34,403 nucleotides of DNA from a virus (lineage: Duplodnaviria; Caudoviricetes), in IMG/VR virus record IMGVR_UViG_3300034062_001508, positions 1-34,403 of that record, one strand, 5' to 3'. The notes below the pieces were generated by a model that saw nothing but the letters and a program-made list of their open reading frames with translations, did no database searches and was not told where the DNA came from. Below are positions 14,598 to 25,555 of the stretch, piece after piece (positions within the stretch are counted from its first letter, which is position 1; each line of letters begins with the position of its first letter). A program made the position numbers and the translations under genes.

Positions 14598-16822
14598 TGA
14601 GTCGCTTTGTAAGCATACAGACTAACTTCTCGACAGGCGAGCTCGACCCGTTACTCCGCGCCCGTGTGGATTTAACTGCATACGCAAACGCACTAGAGAA
14701 GGCAACTAACGTAGTCTGCCAGCCACAAGGCGGTATTCGCCGTAGGCCTGGCACTCGTTACATTACATCACTAGCAAACACAGGTGCAGACTCAGCGGCC
14801 AACGGTGTGCGCTTAGTTGAGTTTGAGTTTTCCACATCTGATAGCTATATGCTTTGCTTTACGCATAATCGGATGTACATATTTAAGAATAAAGTCTTAA
14901 TTACAAACATTAATGGTACGGGCAATCCCTACCTAAGCACATCATCTGTTGGGTTAGTTGGATCTACTTTAGCTAATATTGTATGGACTCAATCGGCTGA
15001 TACCCTAATCGTGGTTCATCCTGACATTGCACCAATCGAGATTGTTCGCGGCGCTAGTGATTCTCTTTGGACTGCTGGCGCAATCGCGTTTGAATCGATC
15101 CCAAAATATAATTTCACATCCTCTTTATACAACCCAGCTGGTACGCTAACTCCATCCGCTGTATCTGGTAAGGTTACATTAACAGCCTCGGAGGCAGATG
15201 TAAGCGATACAGCTCAAGCTGGATCTACGAGCACAACGATTGTGTTGGCTGCTGGATCTAGCGCTACAAACGATATCTATAACGGTAGATACATTCAGAT
15301 TACTGGCGGCACAGGCAGCGGTCAACTAAGGGTTATTAGCGATTACGTTGGTGCTACAAAAGTAGCAACGATTAGCGCCGCTTGGACTACAACGCCAGAT
15401 GCAACGTCAACCTACACAATTAGCATTTTTAGCTCATCGTCTGTTGGTCAATACATAAATGTATCGCCACAAGGTAGAGCTAAGATTGTGCGCTATACAT
15501 CCGGCACAGTAGTTGACGCTATTACTGAGTTTCCATTTTTTAATAACAGCGCAATAGCTACAGGGGACTGGGACTATGAATCTGGGTACGAGGCTGTTTG
15601 GTCTAGTTCTAAAGGTTATCCTCGCTCTGTTACTTTCCATGAAGGTCGCCTTTTCTTTGGCGGTTCTAAGTCTCGCCCTAGTACTATATGGGGTTCTAAA
15701 GTTGGCCTCTTTTTTGCTTTTGAAGCTACCGAAGGTTTAGATGATGACGCAGTAGAGGCAACGCTAGATACCAATACATTTAATGCGATTGTAGATATTA
15801 TCTCTGGGCGCGACTTGCAAGTGTTTACAACTGGCGGTGAGTTCTATGTACCGCAGTCTGGCTTAGATCCAATTACACCTACCAACTTCTTTGTTAAGAC
15901 TGCTAGCCGTAATGGCACACAGCAAGGTATACGGGTTCAGCAGCTAGAGTCAGGTACGTTGTTTGTTCAACGCCAAGGTAAATCACTAAACGAGTTTGCT
16001 TATACAGATACTCAAGCCACCTACGTTACTCAGAAAATCTCATTGCTTGCTGGCCACTTACTCAAGGGGCCAAGTCGCTTGGCTTTGCGTAGATCTGTAG
16101 CTACAGATGAGAATGACTTACTTCTGATGACCAATACAGAAGATGGCACGATGGCCGTATTCTCGTTACTGCGAGCTCAGAACGTCATTGCTCCATCCGA
16201 GTTCATTACAGTAGATGGCGCATACATTGATGTCAGCGTGGATATATCAACGATATATACCGTAGTTAAACGCAACGTAAATGGCGCAGATCAGTATTAC
16301 GTTGAGGCGTTTGAGGATGGCTTACTGACCGATTCCGCTAAGACTGGCACAGGTGTAGTTACGACAGTAACGATGCCGCACCTAGTAACGGAGAGCGTTA
16401 ATATCATTGAAGATGGATCAGTACAAGCTAATCAGGTAGTGCCTGCTGGCGGTACTGTTACCCTGCCTAGGGCTACTGTAAGCTCGTTTGAGATTGGTTT
16501 GCCTATCACGGTATTTGCTCGCACAATGCCAGTCGATCTAAAGCTGCAAACAGGCACACGCCTTGGCTTTAAGAAACGTATTGTTGAGGTAAATGCACTT
16601 GTTGTGGAAACGCAACACATGAGAATTAACGATAAACTCATTTCGTTTAGGCAATTTGGCGACATCTTAGATGAGCCAGTTGCAGAGTTTACTGGCACTA
16701 AAACATTGCATGGAATTTTGGGTTACTCGCAAGAGGCTAAGATTACGATATCTCAGGACATACCGCAGAAGATGACTCTGCTAGGTATGGAGTACAAAGT
16801 AGCTACGCATCAGGGGACATAG
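14597..16822 (+). CDS. Tail tubular protein B (nozzle, T7 gp12-like)
   Basis: QTNFSTGELDP...GGIRRRPGT, QSADTLIVVHP, YPRSVTFHEGRLFFGG motifs. Confidence 0.87.
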   Translation: MSRFVSIQTNFSTGELDPLLRARVDLTAYANALEKATNVVCQPQGGIRRRPGTRYITSLANTGADSAANGVRLVEFEFSTSDSYMLCFTHNRMYIFKNKVLITNINGTGNPYLSTSSVGLVGSTLANIVWTQSADTLIVVHPDIAPIEIVRGASDSLWTAGAIAFESIPKYNFTSSLYNPAGTLTPSAVSGKVTLTASEADVSDTAQAGSTSTTIVLAAGSSATNDIYNGRYIQITGGTGSGQLRVISDYVGATKVATISAAWTTTPDATSTYTISIFSSSSVGQYINVSPQGRAKIVRYTSGTVVDAITEFPFFNNSAIATGDWDYESGYEAVWSSSKGYPRSVTFHEGRLFFGGSKSRPSTIWGSKVGLFFAFEATEGLDDDAVEATLDTNTFNAIVDIISGRDLQVFTTGGEFYVPQSGLDPITPTNFFVKTASRNGTQQGIRVQQLESGTLFVQRQGKSLNEFAYTDTQATYVTQKISLLAGHLLKGPSRLALRRSVATDENDLLLMTNTEDGTMAVFSLLRAQNVIAPSEFITVDGAYIDVSVDISTIYTVVKRNVNGADQYYVEAFEDGLLTDSAKTGTGVVTTVTMPHLVTESVNIIEDGSVQANQVVPAGGTVTLPRATVSSFEIGLPITVFARTMPVDLKLQTGTRLGFKKRIVEVNALVVETQHMRINDKLISFRQFGDILDEPVAEFTGTKTLHGILGYSQEAKITISQDIPQKMTLLGMEYKVATHQGT

Positions 16823-16824
16823 AT

Positions 16825-17334
16825 ATGGGCGCCGCAGCACTACCAATTTTTATTGCCGCAACAGCAGTATCGGCTTATGGCTCAATTAAAGAAGGCCAAG
16901 ACAAAAAGAAGTACTATGACCAAATGGCGCAACAGACTCGCGTTGAGACTGAGCGCAAAGCTATTCAGTATGAGTTTCAAGCCAATCAAATATTGCAACG
17001 CACTAACGCGGCCAACGCAGCTGTAATTGCCCGTGGTTTTGCTGGTGGTGTACAAGCCTTTGAGGGCTCTGCTGGTCTGATACAGGCAGTCAACAATACT
17101 CGCGGTGGCAAAGAGTTCTCGTTTGCTTTGGCTGGCGCAGAAGGTCAACGCCGTAATGGCTTAATCCAAGCTAGCCTATATGAAGATGCTGGCTCTACAG
17201 CACAGCAGACTGGTTACTTTAATGCAGCCGCTAAGATTGGTATGGCTGCTGTAAGCGCAGGTTCATTAGGTGGGGCTCCAGGCACGCCAGCCCCAGTTAC
17301 AGACATGAGCACAGCTTGGTCTCCTCCAGCTTAA
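16825..17334 (+). CDS. Internal virion (ejection) protein, T7 gp14-like position
   Basis: Hydrophobic MGAAALPIFIAATAVSAYG N-terminus and A/Q/G-rich helices; first gene after the nozzle. Confidence 0.65.
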   Translation: MGAAALPIFIAATAVSAYGSIKEGQDKKKYYDQMAQQTRVETERKAIQYEFQANQILQRTNAANAAVIARGFAGGVQAFEGSAGLIQAVNNTRGGKEFSFALAGAEGQRRNGLIQASLYEDAGSTAQQTGYFNAAAKIGMAAVSAGSLGGAPGTPAPVTDMSTAWSPPA

Positions 17335-17344
17335 GGATTAAATA

Positions 17345-18961
17345 ATGGCCACTCTCCCACTCTACCAACCTACAGGCTTTTTGCCTTTAGATATTCCACG
17401 TTTAGATCGTGCTGACGTAAAAGAGTCTGCCGCACAGCTAACTACAATTACATCTGCTTTGGATCGCGTATCTCAGTTTGCATTTAAGAAGGCTGAGGAG
17501 CAGGCGCAGGCAGAAGGTTTACAGTACGGCGCAGAGAACCAGCCTAGCGCAGATCAGGTGATGGCTGCTATACAAGGCGGCAAGAGTCCTCAAGAGTTAT
17601 TTGCACAGCCTGGCACTACGTTTGGCGATGCAGCCCGTAAAGTGCAGGCCGTTCAGCTGCGTAACGAATTAGAAGTAAAAGCCCGTAATGAGTTCTCAAG
17701 ACTGAGCGGCATGATTGAGGGTGGCTCGTTTAATCTTCAAGATGTACAGACTCAGATTAAAGCTATTACAGATGGATACGGTAGAGCTATCTCTAGCATA
17801 TCTCCGGAAGAAGGCCTAAAGTTTAGGGCATCAGCTGGTAGCGCTGGAGCACCTGTATACGCTAAAGCATCAGACCGCGCCTATAAGATTTATGGAGAGG
17901 GCGTTAAAGCTAATGCGGATGACTTAATCTCGCAGACTCCTACCATTATTGCGGATCTTATTTCAGTAGAAAAGGATCCCGTATTGCTAGCCGAACGTAT
18001 CTTAGTTGAGCGTCAACGGGTATTTGATATTGCAGCGCAAACAAACGATCCGCAGTTTTTTGCTGAGAAACGGGCAGACTTTGACCGCGCATTGATGGGT
18101 GCGATTGTGGATTACACAGCTACCCCAGCGTTTGCTAAGAATCCTGTAGAGGGATTGCGTAAGATGCAGGCTGGCGACTTTGGCCAGCTAGACCGCGTAA
18201 TGACTCGCGTCAATAAAGACAAGCTAATCAAGATGTACGTAGATCGCAATGGCGAGATTGCTACAGCATGGAAACGCACAAGTGAATTAAATGCAGCTAC
18301 AAATATTGACGTAATGAACGGTATTGAGGATGAGTTCTACGCAGGTCGTATTAGTGGCACACAAGTATTAAATCAGGCTAAAGCATTAGGTATTACCCTA
18401 CCAGACGAAAAGCGCAAGGCTTTGATTGGCGGCGATGGTGCTGGCTCAAGCGCACAGCTCTATGGTCAACTTGAATCATTAGCAGATCGTCAAATGGTTG
18501 GCGAGTCTTACTTTGATGATTTAGCTACCAATAAAGTGATTAGCTGGAAACAGGCTAATACCCTTAAAAAGCAAGTACGCAACGATAATCCTGAGATGAG
18601 TCGCGCCCGTGAGTTTATTCGTAACTCATTAGGCGTACCCGATATGATGGCCCCTGGCTTTGGTCAAGAGAAGAAAACTGTTGCTGATTTGAGTACACAA
18701 TTACAGATTAAGCAGTCAGAGGCTAGAGCAGCTGGTGAGGCGTTTAATCCTTTTGCCGAAGCTCAGATATTAGTTAAGGGCGAATCAGCCCAGCTCATTA
18801 TTAAAGCAAACGAGAATAAGCAAAAACGTATTCAAGATAAGTTTACTAAGCAGGGCGTTAATTACGACCCAAGCAAATCGTATACTCAAGAAGATTTAAA
18901 GCGATTGGGTTTTAATAACTCTGATGTAGCGCTTATCGATAGAATCCAAAAGGGTAAATAA
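17345..18961 (+). CDS. Internal virion (ejection) protein
   Basis: 538-aa helical A/Q-rich protein in the ejection cluster. Confidence 0.6.
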   Translation: MATLPLYQPTGFLPLDIPRLDRADVKESAAQLTTITSALDRVSQFAFKKAEEQAQAEGLQYGAENQPSADQVMAAIQGGKSPQELFAQPGTTFGDAARKVQAVQLRNELEVKARNEFSRLSGMIEGGSFNLQDVQTQIKAITDGYGRAISSISPEEGLKFRASAGSAGAPVYAKASDRAYKIYGEGVKANADDLISQTPTIIADLISVEKDPVLLAERILVERQRVFDIAAQTNDPQFFAEKRADFDRALMGAIVDYTATPAFAKNPVEGLRKMQAGDFGQLDRVMTRVNKDKLIKMYVDRNGEIATAWKRTSELNAATNIDVMNGIEDEFYAGRISGTQVLNQAKALGITLPDEKRKALIGGDGAGSSAQLYGQLESLADRQMVGESYFDDLATNKVISWKQANTLKKQVRNDNPEMSRAREFIRNSLGVPDMMAPGFGQEKKTVADLSTQLQIKQSEARAAGEAFNPFAEAQILVKGESAQLIIKANENKQKRIQDKFTKQGVNYDPSKSYTQEDLKRLGFNNSDVALIDRIQKGK

Positions 18962-18962
18962 G

Positions 18963-20621
18963 ATGCTAGATGAACTTTATATGCAAGACCTAGCCAACGC
19001 CATGAAGATGCCAGCAGAGCCTTTGCCTGTTGGTACGGTAACGGTATCTGCGCCTGAGCCTGAGATGGCTGGTATGGATAAGGCTTTTGTTGGTACTCGT
19101 TTAAATGTACCTAAGCCTGGACAACCTACTCAGCAAGATAGAGAAAAGATGGCTGTTGGCCTACTAGATACTTTGGCTGGCGCATTGCGCGGAGCAGCTG
19201 CTCAAGTTGGTGGTTTGCCTGGCGATATTCGCTCCATTTTGGATATGATTAATCAGGAAGGCGCAGAGAAGTATTTGGGTCAGCGCTCGTTTGCTACTAC
19301 CGAAGAAATCTTAGCAGATACTAGCGTCCGTATCCCCGGCACTCAGATAGACGTACCGTTTCCTCCAGTATTAAAAGAAGGTGTGCCAAATCGTGAGGAG
19401 CGTCAAAAGGCAGTAGATGTAGCTCAAGAGGTTGGCACATTCCTACCAGCCCCCGGAGCTCCAGAGGCGGCTATACAAGGCGGCAAGTTAATAGGCAAAG
19501 CAATTAAAGCTACTAAGAATATGCCTGTAGGCATGAGCATTAAGATGATTGATGGTGCTGATGCTGTTGTGCCAAAAGCCCCAGCAATTAATACACCAGC
19601 TTTTGTTAATTGGTTTTCAGACTCTAAGGTTGTTGATGATGCTGGCTCACCTATTGCTGTATATCACGGCACAGGCAGGCCAGATAGAGTTGGTGAGCAA
19701 TTTAGAAAGAGCAGAGCTACATCTGGGCCAATGTCATTCTTTACAGATAATCCTGAGGTAGCTAGTGGATATGCTAAAGGCAAAACTGATACAAGCATTT
19801 CTTATGAAGATGAGGCCTTTGATTATAAAAACTGGTTTAAGAAAAAGGTTGGTCGTTCTGAATTAAACTTAGAACAAGTCGGCGCACGTATGTCTCCTCA
19901 GGAGCGCAATGCTGTTATTGAAAAATTAAAAGATATTACAGTTGATGAAGATACAGGAAAGATAATTTATAAGCAGGGTGGCGGCAGTATTATGAGCGAC
20001 TCCAGCTTTGATTTTTATTTGAAACAAGAATCAAAAGGAAATCCATTGGTTGCGGCCAATAAAATTTGGTTAGAGTCTGGTCAGTTATATGGCAAAGAAG
20101 AAGAATTTGCTGATGTTCTTAAATTAGCTAACGTTAAAGGTTTTGAATATAACGATCCCAACGCTAAGTACCCGTTTGTTTACAAAGTATTTTTAAGTAT
20201 TAAAAACCCATTAGATACTGCGAATATTAATCAAGATATTATTAGTGCTCTTGAAGATGCCTCTAAGCGCGTTCGCAAACCAGCGCAAAGAGGTGGAGCT
20301 GATAATTGGGATAAAAACACAGTTGCTCCAAAAGACTGGATTGAAAGACTTAAATCAGACCAGGCTGAGGGCACGTCCCACGCTTGGACTAGCATCCCTG
20401 ATTGGGTGGCAAAGACATTAAAAGCTAAAGGATTTGACGGCATTAAAGATTCTGGTGGTAAGGGTGGTGGCACGGCACATAATGTATGGATACCTTTTGA
20501 GGAAAATCAAGTAAAGTCTGCTCTTGGAAATAAGGGTACATTTAGCGAAAGTAAAAATATTATGCGTGGTGTAGGCATAGGCGGCGCTGGAGCTGCTGTA
20601 ACTCAAGAGGAAAATAAATGA
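18963..20621 (+). CDS. Internal virion protein with C-terminal ADP-ribosyltransferase-like (ART-PolyVal type) domain
   Basis: FVNWFSDSKVVDDAGSPIAVYHGT...FFTDNPEVASGYA...VFLSIKNPL...LKAKGFDGI...FEENQVKSALGNKGTF. Confidence 0.8.
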   Translation: MLDELYMQDLANAMKMPAEPLPVGTVTVSAPEPEMAGMDKAFVGTRLNVPKPGQPTQQDREKMAVGLLDTLAGALRGAAAQVGGLPGDIRSILDMINQEGAEKYLGQRSFATTEEILADTSVRIPGTQIDVPFPPVLKEGVPNREERQKAVDVAQEVGTFLPAPGAPEAAIQGGKLIGKAIKATKNMPVGMSIKMIDGADAVVPKAPAINTPAFVNWFSDSKVVDDAGSPIAVYHGTGRPDRVGEQFRKSRATSGPMSFFTDNPEVASGYAKGKTDTSISYEDEAFDYKNWFKKKVGRSELNLEQVGARMSPQERNAVIEKLKDITVDEDTGKIIYKQGGGSIMSDSSFDFYLKQESKGNPLVAANKIWLESGQLYGKEEEFADVLKLANVKGFEYNDPNAKYPFVYKVFLSIKNPLDTANINQDIISALEDASKRVRKPAQRGGADNWDKNTVAPKDWIERLKSDQAEGTSHAWTSIPDWVAKTLKAKGFDGIKDSGGKGGGTAHNVWIPFEENQVKSALGNKGTFSESKNIMRGVGIGGAGAAVTQEENK

Positions 20622-23530
20622 GTATTCCATCCCTAACCGAACGCTTAGATGACCTATCCTCTGCGGATAAAGAGTCTGCTCAGATAGTTCCTCCTGAGAC
20701 TCGCTTGGACGAGCTTATCCCCCTGACTGATGCTGGCCAAGAGTTTGAGCCTACGCAAGTTGCGGGGCCAGGCGCACTACTCCGCAAGGCGCTAAAAGAA
20801 GCCCCTCCACGCACAGAGCGCCCTATACTCCCAGAGGGTGTAGAGCAAGGTAAGGTAGGCCAGTCGCAGGTTATCCGCGAGACGGGCGCTAAGGGTGAAG
20901 TCATTGTTGAGACCGCACCTCAGATGCCTGCTACGGGTAAACCCTCACCAACTCCTACAGAGAAGGCAGCAGGCGTACCTGAGACAGCATTTAACTTGGA
21001 TATGATCCAAGATGAGGATGGCGTTAAGCAGTTTATCGAGGCTACTGCTAGAGCATACGGCGCAGATAAGATTGAAAAGATTAGCTATAAGCAGATGGCG
21101 GAGCAGTTATCTACTGAAGGCTACGATGAGGGCTTTATAGCCCGTATAATCGATCCATTGCAGGCGACTAAGGCTAGCCCTCAAGATGCGTACAAAATGC
21201 AGCTAGCGCTCGTTGACGCAGGCAAGAGGGCATTTGATTTAGGTGAGCAAGTTAAAGCAGCTAAAGCTACTGGCGACCTAACTCCAGAGCTAACCTCTGC
21301 TTTTATGCAGGCAGTATCTTTAGAGGGTACTCTAGTCAAAGCAGTACGTGGCCGCCAGGCTGATATTGCTCGCACTCTCGGTATCTTCTCTCAGGCTCGC
21401 CAATCCAGCGCACAGCGCGGACAGATGCTTGAGGCAATTATGAATGAGGCTGGTGGCATCGAGTCAGTACACGACTTTGCTAGCAAGTACACAGCTCTAT
21501 CTAGCAGCTCCGCTCGCGCCAATATGTCAGAGAGCGGTTATGGCAATACCATAAAAGGTACTTTCAATCGCCTAACTGACATGACGATGAGCACATGGAT
21601 TAATGGCTTGTTATCTAACCCCACAACCCACGCTAAGAATATTGCAGGTAATACCTTCTTTGGTGGGCTACAAATTCCAGAGCGAGCCCTTGCGTCTGCT
21701 ATAGGCAAAACCCGTAACTTTATGTTTCAAGGTGGCGAGGAAGCTATCTCTGGTAACGAGGTTTACGCACAGGCTATGGGCTTTTTGCAGGGTATCCGCG
21801 AGGGCGGTGAGATTGCTGCACGTGCGGTAAAGAGCAATACCCCTACCGATCCCTTCCAAAAGATTGAGGCAACGCGCCTAAACCGCCAGCCATTTGAGGC
21901 AGACTTTGGTGATTCAGATACAGGCAAAGCAGTCAGCGGAGCATTGAATTACTGGGGTAAGTTTGTTACTTTGCCGGGCCGCGCCCTAATGGCTGAGGAT
22001 GAGTTCTTTAAAGCTATCGGCTACCGCATGGAGCTGAACGCCTTAGCTACCCGCGAATCAGAGAAGATGTATAAAGCCTTGGTTGATAGTAATGTAGCGC
22101 CGGATAACGCAGCCCGTCAGGCGGCTGACTTTATGGCTGAGATGTTGGCTAATCCTACGGCAGATATCCAAGACGCTGCTATGGGTGTATCGCGTACCGT
22201 TACGTTTACCCGTGAGCTGGAGCCAGCATTGCAAGGTATCCAACGTGCGGCTCAGAACCCATTAATTAAGATGTTTGTACCGTTTATTAAAACGCCTACG
22301 AATATTGCTTTAGAGGCTATTACTCGCACACCCGGTCTAAACTTTGCTAGCCCACGGTTCTGGGGTGACTATAACGCAGGCGGCATCCGCAGGGATCAGG
22401 CCATCGCTAGGGTTACTTTAGGTGGCGCAATGATTTACTCGGTATCTGCTGGCGTATTTGAAGGGCGCGTTACAGGCTACGGCCCTATGCGCTTAGAGGA
22501 TAAGAAGGCTTTAGAGGGTACAGGCTGGCAGCAGTTCTCCTTTGTATTTGATACTAAGGATGTATCTGAAGAGATGATGGCTAGGTTTGAAAAACTGACT
22601 ACCGTATCCCGTGGCCCAGATAAGGTGTATATCTCCTACGCTGGACTGGAACCTATTGGAACCTTATTAGGCATTGGCGCTACATCAGGCGAGTATGCCC
22701 AGATGACTCCAGGCGGTGAGGATTTAGATAAACTAATGATGGGTGGCGCTCTAGGGGTTTACCAGTACTTATCTGAGCAACCTATGTTAAGCGGATTTAA
22801 TGATATTCAGAAGGTGTTTAGCTCTGGATCTAAGGATGGCCCTACGATTCTGTATGACTTAATCAACGCATCTAGCAAGCAGATGTCTCAGTTCTTGATT
22901 GGTGGTTCACCATTAGGGGCGCATAGCTCTTTGGTTGCTGGCGTTGAACGAATGGTAGACCCATCTAGGTCAAGCACCCTACCTGCTGAGATGAGTACTA
23001 AGACTGGCATTATTGACCCAGCGGTACGTGGGTTCTATAGCGCGGTTCAGTACTACAAGTCACGCAATCCTTTGACCTCTGACAGCCTGCCACGGGCCTT
23101 GGATCCGATTACGGGTGAAGTTGAGATGGTTGGCAAGGGCAAGCTGTACGAAATGTTTAACCCATTCAAAGAGTCAAGCGGCAAGTACAACCAGGCTAAG
23201 GCTGTGCTGGTAGCCTATGGCGTACCCATGTATATCCCTAAGAAGTCTATTGATGGCATCCAGCTATCGGCTACTCAATACAACCGCTGGATCGAGCTGG
23301 CCACGCAAGATGGTGCTTTACAGGATCAGATTGCTTATCTGGGTGAGTCTGAAAGCATACAGAACCTAGCCTCACAAGACTTAGGCAAGGCTCAGGCCAT
23401 CATCTCTAAGGTGATATCGGATGCCTACTCTAATGCAAAACAGATGCTCATTGCTGAAGATCCCGACTTATTTGACGCAATGCGGGAGAACGATGAGTTC
23501 AAGCGGGACTACGGTAAATTTAAACGCTAG
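20618..23530 (+). CDS. Large internal virion (ejection) protein
   Basis: 970 aa with NGLLSNP.TH..N, AEDEFFK and FVPFIKTPTNI motifs seen in large podoviral core proteins; last gene before the tail fibre. Confidence 0.7.
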   Translation: MSIPSLTERLDDLSSADKESAQIVPPETRLDELIPLTDAGQEFEPTQVAGPGALLRKALKEAPPRTERPILPEGVEQGKVGQSQVIRETGAKGEVIVETAPQMPATGKPSPTPTEKAAGVPETAFNLDMIQDEDGVKQFIEATARAYGADKIEKISYKQMAEQLSTEGYDEGFIARIIDPLQATKASPQDAYKMQLALVDAGKRAFDLGEQVKAAKATGDLTPELTSAFMQAVSLEGTLVKAVRGRQADIARTLGIFSQARQSSAQRGQMLEAIMNEAGGIESVHDFASKYTALSSSSARANMSESGYGNTIKGTFNRLTDMTMSTWINGLLSNPTTHAKNIAGNTFFGGLQIPERALASAIGKTRNFMFQGGEEAISGNEVYAQAMGFLQGIREGGEIAARAVKSNTPTDPFQKIEATRLNRQPFEADFGDSDTGKAVSGALNYWGKFVTLPGRALMAEDEFFKAIGYRMELNALATRESEKMYKALVDSNVAPDNAARQAADFMAEMLANPTADIQDAAMGVSRTVTFTRELEPALQGIQRAAQNPLIKMFVPFIKTPTNIALEAITRTPGLNFASPRFWGDYNAGGIRRDQAIARVTLGGAMIYSVSAGVFEGRVTGYGPMRLEDKKALEGTGWQQFSFVFDTKDVSEEMMARFEKLTTVSRGPDKVYISYAGLEPIGTLLGIGATSGEYAQMTPGGEDLDKLMMGGALGVYQYLSEQPMLSGFNDIQKVFSSGSKDGPTILYDLINASSKQMSQFLIGGSPLGAHSSLVAGVERMVDPSRSSTLPAEMSTKTGIIDPAVRGFYSAVQYYKSRNPLTSDSLPRALDPITGEVEMVGKGKLYEMFNPFKESSGKYNQAKAVLVAYGVPMYIPKKSIDGIQLSATQYNRWIELATQDGALQDQIAYLGESESIQNLASQDLGKAQAIISKVISDAYSNAKQMLIAEDPDLFDAMRENDEFKRDYGKFKR

Positions 23531-23578
23531 ATTTTTTTAGCAAAATCAGATAGATTCAGACTAAGTTAAGGAAAGAAT

Positions 23579-25465
23579 ATGGCAGATTATCCAATTTCAA
23601 ATGTACCTCGCAGAGTCCAGTATGTGAACTCTGGAGTAGGGCCATACGCTTTTACTTTTGAGATACTCGTTCAAACCGATATCGCAGTATATCGCGGCAA
23701 TACATTACTTGCTTTAACCACGGATTATACGGTAACGATTAACGCCAATGGTACTGGGTCGATTACGTTGACAACCGCTGGCACGGGCAATATCACTATT
23801 GTTGGCGCAAGAGCAATCCAACGCAGCTCCGACTACACTACTGGCGGCGATCTGTTCGCTAGCACACTAAACGCAGACTTAGATAGCCAGACTATTTATA
23901 GCCAGCAGTTAGCCGAGAATCTTGACAGAACAATTAAGATTCCAATTACTGATGCTTCGACTCTCAATATGCAGCTGCCAACTGCATCATCAAGGGCAAA
24001 CAAGGTATTTGGCTTTACTGCTAGCGGCCAGCCAACCGTATCAACTACAACGGTAGCCCAATTAGATGCAGCTGTATCGTCTTTTGTAAACACAACTGGC
24101 AATAATGCGTCTAGTATTGTTTACACCCCCGGCGGTTCTGGAGCTGTACAAACCACCGTACAAACAAAGTTGCGTGAGGTAGTTAGTATTTTAGATTTTG
24201 GTGGCGTAGGTGATGGAGCAACAGATAATACTGCGGCTATGCAAGCAGCCCATAATACAGGAAAAGTTGTTTATTACCCCGCAGGAGAATATAGATTCTC
24301 TAACACTATTAATGTTGCATTGGGTGGTATTCTTGGTTCTGGACTTGGCACAACTTTTCTTGTAAGTACAAACACATCAAATAGTAATTTATTTAATTAC
24401 ACCGGCACAACAGCAGGGTATTTTAGTGGATTTCAAATACAGGCGCCGCTTGCAAAAACTGCTGGCGCAGCATTTGAAGTTGTAACCGCTACAAACGATA
24501 ACGCCTATTCTGTTTTTGAAAATGTAAACTTTAATCAATTGCCTGTTGGCATTAGTTTTACAAAAGCGCGTTTATTTAAAATTATTGGGTGTAATTTTAT
24601 AAGCTACACCGTTGCAGGTTGTTTGGTAGCAAATACTGACAATAACGACGCAGGCGACAGCGTTATTAGCAATTCTACTTTTTATGGCGGTTCGCCAACG
24701 GCGCACGGTATCGTGCAATATTCTTCTGGCGGTTTAAAGATTATTGGCAATAAATTTAACGATGGCGCAACAGCGTATTTTTTAAATTACACAGTAACAA
24801 GCGCAACTTCAATATTAATTATTGACGGTAACTCTATAGAAAATATGGTTAGCGCAGCTATTTCATTACAAAGTTCAGTTGCTTCTTCCTTTACGTTTAA
24901 TTTTGTAGCCATATCTAACAATGAAATAGCCATTTGCGCTAACGGTATTACAACAGATACAACTGGTTTTATTTCCGAGATGAGCGTTACAGGAAACGTA
25001 ATAAATGTGTCTGCTAGTGGGGCTGCAATAGCCTTAGTTAAGGTAAATAATTTTACTATTGGTGAAAATACATTTAATGGCCCAGGTGGAACTGTGGGCA
25101 TTAATCTTGATACTTGCACTAATGGAAAAATAGGTTCAAATTCTTATGCAACAGCCACACCTTACGCAATTTTTACCTCAACTGTAGCTGTTCAAAAAGA
25201 TGAACAAACAGGAAGCGTAACAACTGGATTGGCTACCCTTGGGCTTGGCGCGCTTTATAATTCTGCGGCGACAACAGTAACCTTTCCTACGCCGTTTAAA
25301 ATTGCCCCAACTAAAGCCGACATTCAGCTAATAGCCGATTCTGGTACTGGAGCTATTGGAGGGATTGTTTCATCCACATCTACAACTAATTTTGTATTTA
25401 ATGCTATTTCAACAAATAATAGTGTTGCTCCAATTATTAATTGGAAAGCATTTGGAACTTTATAA
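23579..25465 (+). CDS. Tailspike/tail fibre with T7 gp17-like N-terminal anchor and beta-helix domain
   Basis: GPYAFTFEI...TTDYTV anchor; VSILDFGGVGDGATDNTAAMQAA...YYPAGEY pectate-lyase-3-like start; repeated I..N.F beta-helix rungs. Confidence 0.85.
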   Translation: MADYPISNVPRRVQYVNSGVGPYAFTFEILVQTDIAVYRGNTLLALTTDYTVTINANGTGSITLTTAGTGNITIVGARAIQRSSDYTTGGDLFASTLNADLDSQTIYSQQLAENLDRTIKIPITDASTLNMQLPTASSRANKVFGFTASGQPTVSTTTVAQLDAAVSSFVNTTGNNASSIVYTPGGSGAVQTTVQTKLREVVSILDFGGVGDGATDNTAAMQAAHNTGKVVYYPAGEYRFSNTINVALGGILGSGLGTTFLVSTNTSNSNLFNYTGTTAGYFSGFQIQAPLAKTAGAAFEVVTATNDNAYSVFENVNFNQLPVGISFTKARLFKIIGCNFISYTVAGCLVANTDNNDAGDSVISNSTFYGGSPTAHGIVQYSSGGLKIIGNKFNDGATAYFLNYTVTSATSILIIDGNSIENMVSAAISLQSSVASSFTFNFVAISNNEIAICANGITTDTTGFISEMSVTGNVINVSASGAAIALVKVNNFTIGENTFNGPGGTVGINLDTCTNGKIGSNSYATATPYAIFTSTVAVQKDEQTGSVTTGLATLGLGALYNSAATTVTFPTPFKIAPTKADIQLIADSGTGAIGGIVSSTSTTNFVFNAISTNNSVAPIINWKAFGTL

Positions 25466-25555
25466 ATGGAACAGAAAAATAAATTTATATTTATTAACTT
25501 GTACTTTAATGGCCAGTTTTGCAAGCGTTTTTTTGTAAATAAATAAGGAATAATT

